64,000 nucleotides of DNA from Podarcis vaucheri (Eukaryota): assembly GCA_965113315.1 (NCBI GenBank), contig OZ220366.1; one strand, 5' to 3'. Numbering within the stretch: position 1 is the stretch's first letter; each line of letters opens with the position of its first letter. The notes beneath the pieces were generated by a model. It was not told where the DNA came from, made no database searches, and was given only the letters and a program-made list of their open reading frames with translations. Position numbers and translations under genes: made by a program. This document shows, one piece after another, positions 39,396 through 52,306 of this stretch.

Positions 39396-42327
39396 TTTAA
39401 AATCTAAAGGAGGGGTGGCTGATCTATGGTCCTTCAGATGGTCTCATCAGTCCCAGACAGCATAACCAAAGGTCAGGGATTATGCAAGTTGTAGTCCAGC
39501 AACATCTGGAAGTCCACAGGTTACCCAACCCTGCTTTAAAGTCTTACTTCTTTACAACTTCTTTCCCTCCAAAAGTCTAAGAGTTAATAAAGGTCAATAA
39601 TGGGCTTGAGACTATCCCAGGAGTTGAAAGAAAAGTCACAAGCGCACAGGTCAACCCAATTTTTGGAGCTGTTTCCCCCTTCAGATGATAAGGCATGCCA
39701 TAACAAAAAAAGTATACTTGAGCTTCTCATTGATTTTATAATATGAATGCGACACATGCTGTAAGAGGAAGTGACTAGTTTGCATAGATGATTTTCCTCT
39801 TTATTTACAATGTCAAGCAAGTATAACAAATTGAGATGCTTTACTTGACTATTTTATTATCTTCTTAATTATACTATTTTAAATGTGCATTTTATATTTG
39901 ACTTCTTGTAGTGTTTTTTAAAAAAATGTTTAAGAATATTTTTTTTTTGTTAACTTGGCTGCGTTAAGTTGTTGACATCAATGTTTTGATTTTAAAATAT
40001 TTAAGATAATATTTTAGTTTCTTGTTAATTATGTTGCTTTACTTTACATTTGACTTTCTTCAGTAACATTTATTCTGGATTGCTTTATTTGATGTTTTAA
40101 GGTCTTGTATAGAAATAAAATGAACAACAGTAGCAGCAGTAGCAACAACAACAGGTTAACAAGGAGAAGAGGAAAGTGAAATTGAAGGCATTTGCTGTTG
40201 GATGCCAGATACTGACCCCTAAAGGAAATTAAGCAGACTGCTTTTAGTTAATTTGTAGGTGCCAGAAATATGAAACTGGTTGAGTTAGTTGACCAAACTT
40301 TTAGAGCCATTTTTCACCATTATATGCTACTTAGATCCCCCCCCTTCAAATCGCCTGGTACAAATGATATAACCATGCAAAAGTTGCATCTTTGCAACAT
40401 GTAAGATGGGTATAATTTAACTGAACACATTTTGTGATAAATATTGCCTGGAGGATTTTTACACAAAACTAGAAGTAATATTTTGGAAAAGACTTAGGAA
40501 ATTATATTGGATCTTGTGTGCCAACAGGATTCCCTCATTTATGTGAACTCTTCTGCTTGTAAACAATCCTTGAGAGCCCCTGGATCTGTTGTACATTGTG
40601 CACAAGGCCACTGGCATGCCACTGGCACAGATGAGATGCCATGAGACAAGCCACCCCACCAAACCCCATATAGGCACACATGGCTTGCTTTGCTCCTGTT
40701 TTCCACTTCCAGCTTCTGAGCTGTTATCTATAACTTCTAATAATAGTTTCAGGACACAAGGTCTGTTGAAATCCTTTAATGACCGTTTTGTAACTACCGC
40801 TTTTGATTTCAGAAAGAAATAGCAGGAAAAAAGAAAAGTCACTTGCAGGTGTTAATGCTTCCTTTTCCTTTATTGGAGGGTATAATTAGGCAGCCCTAGA
40901 AGGCATCCTGGGGTTCCTTTGTGGGGCTGTTCTGTGTGGGAGAGTGCATTTCTTTTCCTTTTCCTTTGTGGTAACCTTTCTGAAAAGTTTCATTTAGCTA
41001 ATTTGGCAGAAACCACTTATAATAAAACCAAATGTAACAAAACTCCTGATAAGTCTAAAATTCACTCTCAGATGACAGCGTGTACAAATCCAGTTGCAGG
41101 GATTTGATGTATTGATTTCAATACAGACACAGGATATTCTACAGGCTGTGCTTCTCAGGTTGCCACACAGTAGGAAAGGCTATCTTCTTTCCACTTAATT
41201 CCAAGCCCAAGGTTTTGGGGGGTGTTTTAGGCAAACATCAGATGCCAAGTGGAAAAATGGAAGGATAATTGAGAAAGGGGTTTTACTGGAGGTGTTTTCA
41301 TAATCAAAGAGTTGTTCCTTCTTCACTATTTTTCTTCTACACGCGCGCGCACACACACACACTTGCATACTAGTATCATGCATTCAAATTTATCTGGAAG
41401 AAACACAATTCTTCACTTCTGTGGTCCCAGTCATGAAATCAGGTTGAAAATTTGGCTATGAATTTGGGGGGGGGGAGAAATGGATTATTCCAATCCTTTG
41501 ATTACAAGAAAGACAGGGTCCAGCATCCAATACAGACATGCTATATATCTAAAACCTTTAAATAAATTCACATTTTCAGACAGTAGTGGCAAGTGGCCAT
41601 TGCAGCTCTAACTATAACATGCTCAAAAACGCAAAAGAAAATGGCAGTAAAAACAAAGACAGATGTTCTAGATCTGGATAAGAATTTTGCAGAAGATGGT
41701 TCCACTGTCCCAGGACTATGATAGAAAAAGTCATCTTAGTTGTTACCTGTAATCTGACAGTGATAAATGCTCTTGCAATAAATTGTCACTACTAGATCTC
41801 AACATGCAGGAATGTTCAGATGGGAGAGAAAGCTGGCTTTCCCAAGATGCAAAGGGTTTTAAAGGTTAGCTTTTTGTTGGCGTTTGCCCAAGGTAGTTTG
41901 GAGAGTTTGGTTCTTGTCTGTGTGATAAGACATCACATCACATCTTAAGTATGCACCTTGAGGGAACTGCCCTTTAACATATCTAGGGTAAGTTTTCATC
42001 ATGTGTGCCAACTACTCCTTTCTCAATAGAGGGCAATTGCTTGGGATCACATCCAATCCAAATGTGAGGAAAGCAAAACAGGTGCACTGTAGAATTTGCT
42101 TAGACCATTTCTCCATTTTTTTCTGGGTCTGTGAAGAATCTTACTTTCACAAGCATCAGCAAGTTTCCACAGTCCTGTCTGACCCACCAGTTGCCCTGCC
42201 CATATTGGATGGAAGGCATTGCTTGAAATCTCAGAATTTTCTATCAGTTGAATATATATGTCACCTTTGGCCAAGGCAGTTTACAATTTTAAAACCCTAA
42301 AACATTATATAAAAAGGTAGAGTGCCA

Positions 42328-42652
42328 CAGTCCTCTCAGGCCAACTGAGGACTGATGGTATGTGTGCTCCCTGACGGGGCTCCCTTGCTTCTGTCTTTCC
42401 TCAGGACACACAGCTCTTGGCAGCCCTTGGGAAGGTGGGGAAACAGCTGCCCCAACAGTCCTCTCAGGCTGCTGATGTCTCTTTTGGGAGCTGATGCGTG
42501 CTCCTCAGCCTGGCCTCCCTCACTTCTGCATTTCCTCAGGTCCTAGAGAGCTGCAAGGCAGATGTAGGAGGAACTACCCCAACAGTTCTCTCAGGCTGTT
42601 GATGGTTCTGTCAGGAGCTAGTGGTTTGTATGCTCTCTGGCCTGGTCTCCCT
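42328..42652. repeat. Degenerate tandem repeat, about 128-bp unit, about 2.5 copies
   Basis: cagtcctctcagg recurs at 42328, 42456 and 42583; cttctg..tttcctcagg also recurs. Confidence 0.8.
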
Positions 42653-45600
42653 CTTTTCTAACCTAGAAAAGCTATACTATGCCTTGGAAAGTAATGGAAG
42701 GGGGGTGAGACTCACTCTCTCCATTCACACATAACAATGAATATTGCCTGAAGAGTAAATTAGGAATAATTATGTGGTCTGGAAATGTAAAGAATGCACT
42801 GAGGGAACAGTAACAAAAAGCCAAACACTGCAAACAAAATGACCTATGTGCTGTGCACATTCACTTCTTGTGCAGAAGATAATCCCTATTGTTAACAGTG
42901 TAACTTAAAGTGTCTGGCAAGTGGCACAGGGCCAGCTTCTAGAATTAAGGGGGATTTTTGCCTGAGTATGAGGAGACAGGAAAGTGAAGCTTATTCCCTA
43001 ACCCTACCCACTTCGACGCAGACGTAAGTCCAACATGGCTTATGCCCAGTACTGCAGGTATAGGAATGCAGCCATAGTCTCTGTGGGGCTCACATGCAGA
43101 GCCCTGCCTCCTAGAATATCATTTATTTATTTACTTATTCCCAAATTTGTAGGCCACTCTACATTCAGAGACACCTGAATATGCAGAAATAAAGCGGAAA
43201 ACAACATTGAAACATGAAAAGCCAACAAGAATGAAACACAACAGAAAGGAAATTATCTTGTGCTGTAGCTTGGAGAGGAAGTACATGTAGATATACGCAA
43301 GGGCAATACAAATGAGTCATTTGATGCTATAAGTGAGGTACTTACCTTTGATGTCATTACACCAATATAAAAAAGTTTGCAAAAACACAGTCTATGGCTA
43401 AACAAGAGTGAACCAACTCTAACTGACTTCTTTGCTACTTCAGTTTAGAATGAACAAATGAGAGAGAGGAGAGAATGCACTGTATTGTACATGCTAAAAC
43501 CACAGTTGCTAGAGGTTTGCACAAAACGAGGCTCAACATTCAGTGCACCCTTTTTCTTTGCACAACATCTTGTGTGAGCAATTTTCTTAGAAGGAACAAA
43601 AGCGTCAATGTTTTCTGCCTGCTAATAGCCCATCCAAGTGCCCACAGGTCTTCCTTTTCCTGCAGCACTGATACACTCCAAGAACCATTTATGCAGGATT
43701 CCTGCAGCATGCCATAGTGGTTGCTTTTCATGGCTCCCAATTATATGGGGCCAGGAGGATTCAGGCTTTGGACTCACCTGAAATAAACCTGTCAGTCACA
43801 GACTTCAGATGCGGTGGATATCTGGCATACTTCAGTTGTCCCTGTGGATTTGAGCGGCTCTTGAAAGGTCAGTAGTTCAAGTTGCAGCCCAAGTTGGATC
43901 AAGAGGGATGGCAGAGGCACAGGACAAAAGCATATCTCAGTTCTAAACACGTTTACTCCAGGGCATGTACTTAGTACCCTGGTATTGCAGCCTTATGAGA
44001 GACCGTAATTCAAGGGAATCCATGATGCCCCGTCCCCCCCACTAATTTGTCTCAATAAATTTATCCTTCTGTTGGGACTAGCGATGGGGCCAGAGCACCA
44101 AGGCATCTCTGTGGCCCACTCAAAGATTCCAGGTGTGCTTCTGTGTCATCTCAAAGCTTGCAGAGTTATGAAGACAAATCCATAGAGGTTAAGACTATCA
44201 ATCTAGGCATGGGGGCTGTGTTCTACCTCCATTGTTGAAGGCAATATATGTTTGAACCCAGTTTTTGGGAACTGCAGATGGAGAGAGTGCTGCTGAGCTC
44301 AGGCTCCGCTTGTGGCCTTCTTGTGGGCATCTGATTGGTCACTGGTGGACTAGAATAATGGACTATATGGGCCTTTGGCCTGACCCATCAGGGCTCTTCT
44401 TACATTCTTATGAAACTCATGTTGAACATTCTGACGTCTTCCCAGACATTTCTGTGACATTTGTGAAGAACAAGGCGTTGGCGTGGCCTTGGTGCGGGTC
44501 TGGGAGCATCCATTCTGCCATTTGCAACACACCCTAGATATCACATACAGGTACATTCAATCACTCCAGGACAATTAAGAAAGAATTGTTATATTCCAAT
44601 CCTCATTCACTGCCATCATTTTTAGGATGTTTCTTCAGGGAATCTGCAGAATTTTCTTCTGCATTTTTTTGTGCCTGGCAAAAAAAATCCCGTTGTCCCA
44701 GCCCTTGGCTAAGCAAACAATCCATGGCCTTTTAAAATACATGGTTGGTTGAGGGAGTATTGTATTGTGTATTATGATGTTTTGTATTTTTGTGTTTTTA
44801 TATTATAAACCACCTTGTGATCCTTGGCTGAAGGGCAGTATAGAAATTTTGCACACACACATTTTTGGATTGAAAATTTAGACAGAATTCCCCTTTCCCC
44901 CCATCTACTGTATCTATCTTATATATTCCTTATTTTCCCCAAACGTTGGCTTTGTTTAATCATTTTTTCAACAAGATCTCCCTTCAACCCAATAATAAAC
45001 ACTTATCTTATCATATATTGTATTCTACCCTATAATTCTATATCTACATACTTTACATTTCTTTAACTATATCCAGTTATTCTCACCTCATACTCTGTAG
45101 CATAACTCAATCCCCACTCATTTTGGGTGCAATCCACCTCCTTTCTTCTAAAGTGGTACATTCACACACAGACATCAGTGTCCTGCAGTGCCTAAGATTA
45201 GATAATAGGTTGTTTGTAATTCTCAAGCGCCTTCCTTGAAAGCTGAGTCTGTTGTAAGATTCTTTGTCCCTGCAATATATTCAAATTAAAATTAAATTCC
45301 TGAAATTTCCACGATTATCTCTGTAACATCATTGTGCTAACATTTTCTTGAATTTTTCATCATTTCTGTTTATTGCTATGGCTAATAAAAAATATTTTAA
45401 AAAACAAAACATCTATTAAGTTATGCTCCTGGTGGGATCCTTTGTCAGATTCCTCTTTTAAAAGGCTATCCTGTTTTTCACACCTTATTTTAAAGGCCTA
45501 TTTGCACTCCTCTTGGCAGCTACAACTTCAGCAAGACTCAAGTTCCAGACAGCTGGGACAACTTTATCCATCCTTTATCACACAGGTGCGCTGACTAACT

Positions 45601-47303
45601 TGGCATGTACCTATGCCCAATTTGCCCAAACCCAAAGGTGGTATAGCAAGGATGCATGCATTCCCTATTCAACCCCCCTGACCCTACATCAGAAGGGTAT
45701 ACGAACAACAGTACCATACTGTTGATAAAAATACCATACCTATAGAATCAAAATTACAGATTAATATAGAAAGTTGCCTTATGGCCAGTCAGAATATTTG
45801 TCTATTATTCTGTCTTTCTGGTAGTCAAGACTTTCACATAAACTGCTATTTGATCCATTTAACAGGAGATGTCAGAGACTGACTCTGGTGCCTTCTACAT
45901 GCAAATAATGTACACTGCCCTTCCCCCAACTGAAATTGAAAGTGCAAGGAGCAGGTGTGTCCATGTGCACACATTATTTGAGCTCTTATCACTAGGTGAC
46001 TCAAGTTCTAAGACTTGTAGCTCTGTGATCTGACACCATATGAACAGCAGTGTGCTATGAGATAAGGAACTTCTGTCTTTAATATCTGATCCATAATGGC
46101 TCGTTCATACGTGCAAAACACAACTCAATAGTGCAATCATCTATTGATAAGTGACCGTATGTGGACCAGCTGAAAGAAACATAGAATCAGAGCAGTCACA
46201 CGGTGCAGTTTTACCTGGGTCATACCAATGCAGACTGAAAGGGGAGAAATAGTATGTTTGAATTCTCCTGATTTCCCATATTAAACGTATCTCCCTCTAC
46301 ATACAAAACAAATGTCAGGGAGAAAACTAGGCTAGAATTCTTTCTTGTGGCTCACTAGTTTCGTACGCACGTGCAATTTTTTATATATAGAAGAAACACT
46401 GAAAGCTTGACTTACAGTGTAAAATGGGATATGCCTGGACAGCTGCAAAATGTCACTGCTTTGAGTATTTGTTCCCACTCTGGCTGACAAGATTCCATAG
46501 CTATTTGTCCTTGATTGCTTTGCCAGTGCATGTTCAATGCTGTTACAATAAAGTAGCAGGGAACAGATCACATCCGAAAGGAGGTGCATATGTGGTGTAC
46601 GACAAATGTCTTATCCACTTAAAATACCTTAGAAATTAATATGGATGAAATCAAGACCCTCCCAGGCAACACAAACACTTTGCATAATCAGCTGTGTCCC
46701 TTTGTAAACTACCAGGTCAAGCATATATGATATAACTATAATAACATTTCACCCCCATTGTTCAAAAGCAGAAACTTACCAATAAGGCAGACCAGGGTTC
46801 TCTTTCCAAAAGTCATTTTGTACCTTGCCCAGGATTGTGTCAGCCTTCATACTCACATACCTGCATTTTTTTATTTTTTACTTAGAAATGAGAGCTGTGA
46901 AAAAGGCATTTCAATCAAATAGATCCAAAGGTTGTCACAAGCCAGCCAGCCAGCCAGTGGGGTGAGTGCATCTGACTGTTTTTAGCCCCCGAGGGGAATT
47001 GGATGTTCCAAGACACAGGCGATAAGGACTGATAATCTCTTACTCCTTGTATTTAATTTGACTACATTTGTTTTCCCATTGCAAATCTGCCATGTGATGG
47101 ACTGTCCAAGGAAGTTCAAGCTCGCTTGGAACTCATTTATGCCTGGATCCCACAATAAACAGAGCTTGCTTTATATGACATAATTTCGGGGCTATTTTTG
47201 TCACTCCTTTGAAGAAATGTGTTGCTCGCATGATTTCCACCCAGGTCACTCAATGTCAGATCCTCTGGCTTGCACTCCTTGTAAAATGACTGCTTTCCCC
47301 TCC

Positions 47304-47306
<3 letters not shown>

Positions 47307-47342
<36 letters not shown>
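47307..47342. repeat. (CT)n microsatellite upstream of KLHL34
   Basis: Directly visible. Confidence 0.95.
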
Positions 47343-47344
<2 letters not shown>

Positions 47345-47430
47345 CCCTCCCTCCCTCCCTCACCCATCTCAGTTCAGTGCTTGGACAGCTATGACAAGGG
47401 GTCTAGTGTTTGCATTCTATTCTGGTCACT

Positions 47431-47530
47431 GTGAGTTATGGTGATATCATATAAACTAAAGGGTTCCAAAATGCATGTCAAATTAAACCACTGACTAATC
47501 CTCATATTTTGCTCGTCTTTCTGCTCCCAG
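47431..47530 (+). other. KLHL34: Probable 100-nt 5' UTR intron of KLHL34
   Basis: ACT|gtgagt donor, ctgactaat branch site near 47492-47499, polypyrimidine tract ttttgctcgtctttctgctcccag. Confidence 0.55.
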
Positions 47531-48124
47531 GCTAAAGGTCTGTGTGTCCACAAAATCCTAACACTCTAATCTGTAGGTGCTGATTTGATTTTCAGCTGAA
47601 ACTTCCTACGAGGAGAAATCACCATACGTGGCTTGTTGGCCCTGGGGGAATAAGAGCTAAACTTGTCTAAGAGTGAAATACACAGCTCGAGCAAAAGCTG
47701 CAGCAAAGTTCAGCCCTCCTCCTTCCATTCGTGATGCACCGGCAGCCACAGAAGCTCTATTTAATCAGCTTAAAGAGAAAGGAAAGCCACGGGAGACATC
47801 TGAGCTGGCACAAATCGTCACCTGATGCTGGCCAAGCAAGTGCTCTCATCTCCTGTGGACCATCTCCTGTGCCGGAAACAGAGGTGAGAGAAATGTCTGG
47901 AGGACGTTACTGAATTCAGCTTTATGAATGAATGAATGCAGGAGACAATGTATACTAGCAGGATGCTAAACTGGAAAGGGATGTGAAGGGCTCTGTTAAG
48001 TTGAAGGAGCAGAGCTGATGGTTGTTCTTCAAGTGATTCCTCGTCCAGTTGAGTTAATTCACAGCGGCAGTGTCTTTCCTTCTTTTCATTGACAAAACGG
48101 CTTTAGAGCATTTTGTTCTGCGAA

Positions 48125-49900
48125 ATGAGTTACTTTCTGTCCTACTGCAAAGGACATTGTGGTTCTGTGTTGTCTCAGTACCAAACCCTCCGCAGCGAAG
48201 GCTTGTTGTGTGACATTTTGTTGAAGGTGAAAGAAAATGAGTTCCCTGCTCACAAGTCTTTGCTGGCCTGTTCCAGTGATTACTTCAGGGCCATGTTCAA
48301 GAGTTATACCAAAGAATCAAAGGCTGCCATCATTCACCTGCAAGTCATCTCAGCCACTGGTTTGCAACACATTCTGGATTTCATTTATACTTCTTGGTTG
48401 CCTTTGTCTTTTGCCAGCCTGGAAGACACTTTGGAAGCCGCTACCTACCTGCAAGTGTCTGAGGCAATTGTCTTGTGCAGCCAATATTTGGCTAACAATC
48501 TTACCCTAGAGAACTGCTGCTTTTCTGCCAATGTTGCTGCAAGATTCTATCTTCCAGATGCTTTGTCAGCTGTAGAAAAATATCTCATTTTTAATTTCTG
48601 GAAACTTCTAGACCTGGATTTTGCAGAACTGCTAGAACTGAATTTCAGATCTTTGAAGGCAGTAGTTGAATGTTCAGATCTGCCTATGGTGAAAGAATCT
48701 AATTTGCTAGATCTATTGCTGAAGTGGCTGAAGTATGATAAATTGAGGCTGACACATACAACTTGCTTATTGGAACACATACGATATGGTCTTATTCCTG
48801 TGGAAAATCTGAGAAAAGTCTACACTCAATCAGAAGTGCCTCTAACAGCACCCATAAAATGCTTAATCATAAAAGCAATAAACTACCACTCATTCGTCTT
48901 TAGGCAACCTATCCTACAGGATAAGTACAGCACACTGAGAAACCAGAAGACGCGGATTATCCTGCTTGGAGGTATGATTCAACATGAAGGGCCCAGCAAG
49001 GATGTGGTGGCTTTTGATGTTTACAATCACAAATGGCAGATTTTAACACAGGTGCAGGATCGACTACAAAATCACTGTGTGTGTACAGTTGGAAACTTTC
49101 TGTATGTGCTAGGTGGAGAAATAGAAGATTTGCAAAGTGAAACGAAAAGTCCCACTTTAACAGTGACAAACAAAGTCCATCGCTATGACCCCAGATTTAA
49201 CAAATGGATACAAATCAACGGGATGCTAGAAAAAAGATGCCACTTTTCTTGTTGCATCCTAGAAAACACCATTATTGCAATTGGCGGTCAAGGTGAGGAT
49301 GGATCATTACATTCATCCGTCGAAGCCTACAACATTAGCCGAGACACATGGACAAAAGTTCGAGATTTGCCATGCAAAATCCATGGTCATGCCGGCACTG
49401 TTTGCAAGAATAACATTTATATATCGGGTGGCAAATGCACAAATCAAAGTAACACAAGTAAGGATTTGTACTCTTTGAGCACACTAGAAGGGCAATGGAA
49501 AAAGCAAGCCCCCATGAGCATTGCCCGGTTTGGGCATCAGATGGCCACCATAAGAGATTGCATCTTTACATTTTTAGGCCTTTATGAACCATTCTCTGAA
49601 ATTGAAAAATACAATCCTGACCAAAATCAATGGACTCGTCTAAGGCCATTGGTCTATGATCGATTTAGTTATGGTTTGGCTGTAGTGGAGGAAACTGCCC
49701 TTCTCATTGGGGGGAAGAAGTGGCAAGATTCCCAGGAGATTCCAACTCAGGATGTGGTGGGCTATGATATAGACAATGACTGTTGGGAAGAAATATGCAA
49801 AGCTTCGTTGCCTTGGTATGGATTGCAGTGTGCTGTGCTAGAGCTTTCTGAATTACTAGATGCTAAAGACATTCAACAACAAAAGAGACTAACTGTTTAG
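48125..49900 (+). CDS. KLHL34: Kelch-like protein 34 (BTB-BACK-Kelch), single coding exon, 591 aa
   Basis: Starts MSYFLSYCKGH, as recalled for KLHL34; BTB motif FPAHKSLLACSSDYFRAMF, BACK domain, kelch repeats with GG motifs; syntenic between SMPX and CNKSR2. Confidence 0.96.
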   Translation: MSYFLSYCKGHCGSVLSQYQTLRSEGLLCDILLKVKENEFPAHKSLLACSSDYFRAMFKSYTKESKAAIIHLQVISATGLQHILDFIYTSWLPLSFASLEDTLEAATYLQVSEAIVLCSQYLANNLTLENCCFSANVAARFYLPDALSAVEKYLIFNFWKLLDLDFAELLELNFRSLKAVVECSDLPMVKESNLLDLLLKWLKYDKLRLTHTTCLLEHIRYGLIPVENLRKVYTQSEVPLTAPIKCLIIKAINYHSFVFRQPILQDKYSTLRNQKTRIILLGGMIQHEGPSKDVVAFDVYNHKWQILTQVQDRLQNHCVCTVGNFLYVLGGEIEDLQSETKSPTLTVTNKVHRYDPRFNKWIQINGMLEKRCHFSCCILENTIIAIGGQGEDGSLHSSVEAYNISRDTWTKVRDLPCKIHGHAGTVCKNNIYISGGKCTNQSNTSKDLYSLSTLEGQWKKQAPMSIARFGHQMATIRDCIFTFLGLYEPFSEIEKYNPDQNQWTRLRPLVYDRFSYGLAVVEETALLIGGKKWQDSQEIPTQDVVGYDIDNDCWEEICKASLPWYGLQCAVLELSELLDAKDIQQQKRLTV

Positions 49901-51958
49901 GTAACAACTCACCATAAAATGATCTGCAAGGACAATTCCGTAACATCTCCAGAATGTCTAAATATTAAAAATGTTGTCCCATTCTATATTAAGAGATAAT
50001 ATTGTGAATCAGTAAATCGGCTTGAATTTTGTATTTCAAATCACAGAGTAAAACAGGCAAAGACTAAGAACTTGTTGCCAATAAGAGCTGTACATAAACA
50101 ACTGTTTTGTTTTCAGTAATAACTGTGAATGAATACCTGATTTGCAGAACATAAAGCGAAGGTGTGAAGAAAGAGTCATACTGTAGTAAAAAAAAATAGA
50201 ATGGAAGAATCCATTTATATGCCTCTTTCTTCATACCTTCACTTTATGTTTGAAGCAGGTATTAACTTGATACAGGAATTAGAGGCTGCATAATTGCATG
50301 ATGTTATTGTATTGTCCACATGATCCCAGTTCATTTTTTTAGTCGTGCCAAAGCTTCAGAATGGGGGAAAGCACTGCAAACTGCACAAAAAAGCAAACAA
50401 AACTTTGCACTCCTTAAATTTCTGTCATGCTTTCCATTTTAAATAGTGAAATTTTGACACAGTTGTTCTAAACTAAGGCAAAGAGTTAGCAGCTGGTCTA
50501 ACTATTATAAGGTTGAGTGGAACATGAAACAATTGTATCTTGTATTCGAGAAATAACACCCTGTACTCTGTGCCCTTTAGGACCATAAATGAGATGGAGA
50601 TGTTTGTTTCTAGTTGCTGAATGACTCTGTGCTTTAGCACACTTATAAAAGCTGCCCATGGGTATATTGTGCACGATGCATTTCTGTTTGAAGAGGTAAA
50701 GGAATTTTCTGCTTTGACTTCAAAAAGGCATCAGCAGCCTCTTTCTGCATTGCTGCCAGGGTAGGATGGGGTTTAGTAGTTTTAAGCCATGCCTCCTTCA
50801 CAGACTTGCAGATATGGTATTTGATTTCAGAGTGTGAAATCTGATTGTAACTTAACCTTATAATTTTAAATATTCGCTTTCAAACACAATCTATTTTATA
50901 GCATATCCCTTTAGTCTGAAAGCACCGAAGATGCACAGAAGCACTTCTCAGTCTAATGTACAAAGAAGGCAGCACAATGAAAAAAACGATGGCACTCTTT
51001 CATGCCAGACAGTCTTACAAGATGAGGCTGAATTTTATGCTTGGAACGAAGTCACAAACACTGTCTACAGCAAGATAACATGCAGGCAGAATTACTGTTG
51101 CATAGCAACAGGATGCAGTTGTATAAGATGCCCTATAGGCCAATCCTAAGAATTTGTTGGCATGGTCTCACTCTGTACCAGTGTTACACAGCCAACTGGG
51201 TCAAGGAGGGGCACTCATTCTAAAGTTTCTGGGGATCCTCAATTTCCCATAAACCCACCAGTTCCTTGTATAAATTTAAAAGACTCCTAGCTGTACTGCA
51301 TTTGTAATCCTTTTCTTCCACAGAGAAGCTTCAGTGTAGGAAGAAACATGTAGCTCATGAATATATTTTTTTAACTTTAGGAAAATAGTACAGACATTTT
51401 AAAAAATTCCAGGAATGTCTAATGTTATCTGTTGCAATACATATTCCTTTTTCTATTTTAAGTTTTAGGTTCTTGGTTTGTGTTCATTATGCTGTATTGG
51501 ACTGTGCTTTTATTGTATTTTATGCTGCGATCCATGCTGTGGATACTGTGAGACAGTGTGGCAGGATAATTCAATCAATAAAATAAGAGCAACAGTGTCA
51601 GATGATCACACACACATGTGAATTTAATCCTGTGTGTGAAAGAAGCTATGATTGGTCACACCTTTTCAGATTGTTTACTGGAAAGCCTTGAGTAGCCCCA
51701 GCTTCACAGCTGGACATTGAACTAAATGCAAACATTAGCATATGTATCTACTAGATATAACCTTCATACTTTATCAATGAAGGAAGGACTTTCTGTGTAG
51801 GAGAAACATGTGAGGTAAAGGTCTACACTGATCTTTCACCTTTCTACCCAGAGAAATTTTTGCCTGCAATTTACAACATAAAGCTGTAATCCACAACCTA
51901 CAAGAATCTTATGAAGCTACAGATTAAAGAATTAGGAACACAAGGAGATGGTTTAGAG

Positions 51959-52144
51959 CAGAGGTTGTCAACCTCGTCCCTACCGCCCACTAATGGGCGT
52001 TTCAGGATTCTGGGTGGGCAGTAGGGGGTTATACAGCACAAGCTGAATCCTCCTTCCATCAAGCACTGGTGGGCGGTAAGGAAATTTTACCAACCAGAAA
52101 GATGCATTAGTGGGTGGTAGGTATAAAAAGGTTGACTACCCCTG
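51959..52144. mobile_element. hAT MITE
   Basis: TIRs CAGAGGTTGTCAACC / GGTTGACTACCCCTG; perfect 8-bp TSD GTTTAGAG. Confidence 0.92.
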
Positions 52145-52152
52145 GTTTAGAG

Positions 52153-52306
52153 TCAGACTGTTGCTCTATCTAGTCCAGGGTCAGCTGCAAGCAGATCTCC
52201 AGGGTTTGAGATAGGGGACATCCTCAACGCTACCCATAGATGCTAGGGATTGAACCTGGCACCTTTCAGATGCAAAGCATGTGCTTTACCACTGAGCTAT
52301 GGCCAT
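52153..52306 (-). mobile_element. tRNA(Ala)-derived SINE head/body, probable host of the MITE
   Basis: Reverse strand ggccatagctcagtggtaaagcacatgctttgcat...ggttcaatccctagcatc; degenerate relative near 45770-45920. Confidence 0.65.

Noticed and set aside
48113-48124. ORF-track N-terminal extension MFCE of KLHL34
   Set aside because: It starts at TTG; the orthologous protein begins MSYFLSY at ATG 48125.
52235-52306. tRNA-like sequence (also near 23110 and 30818)
   Set aside because: Stems are broken and the sequence continues into SINE bodies, so these are SINE heads rather than tRNA genes.
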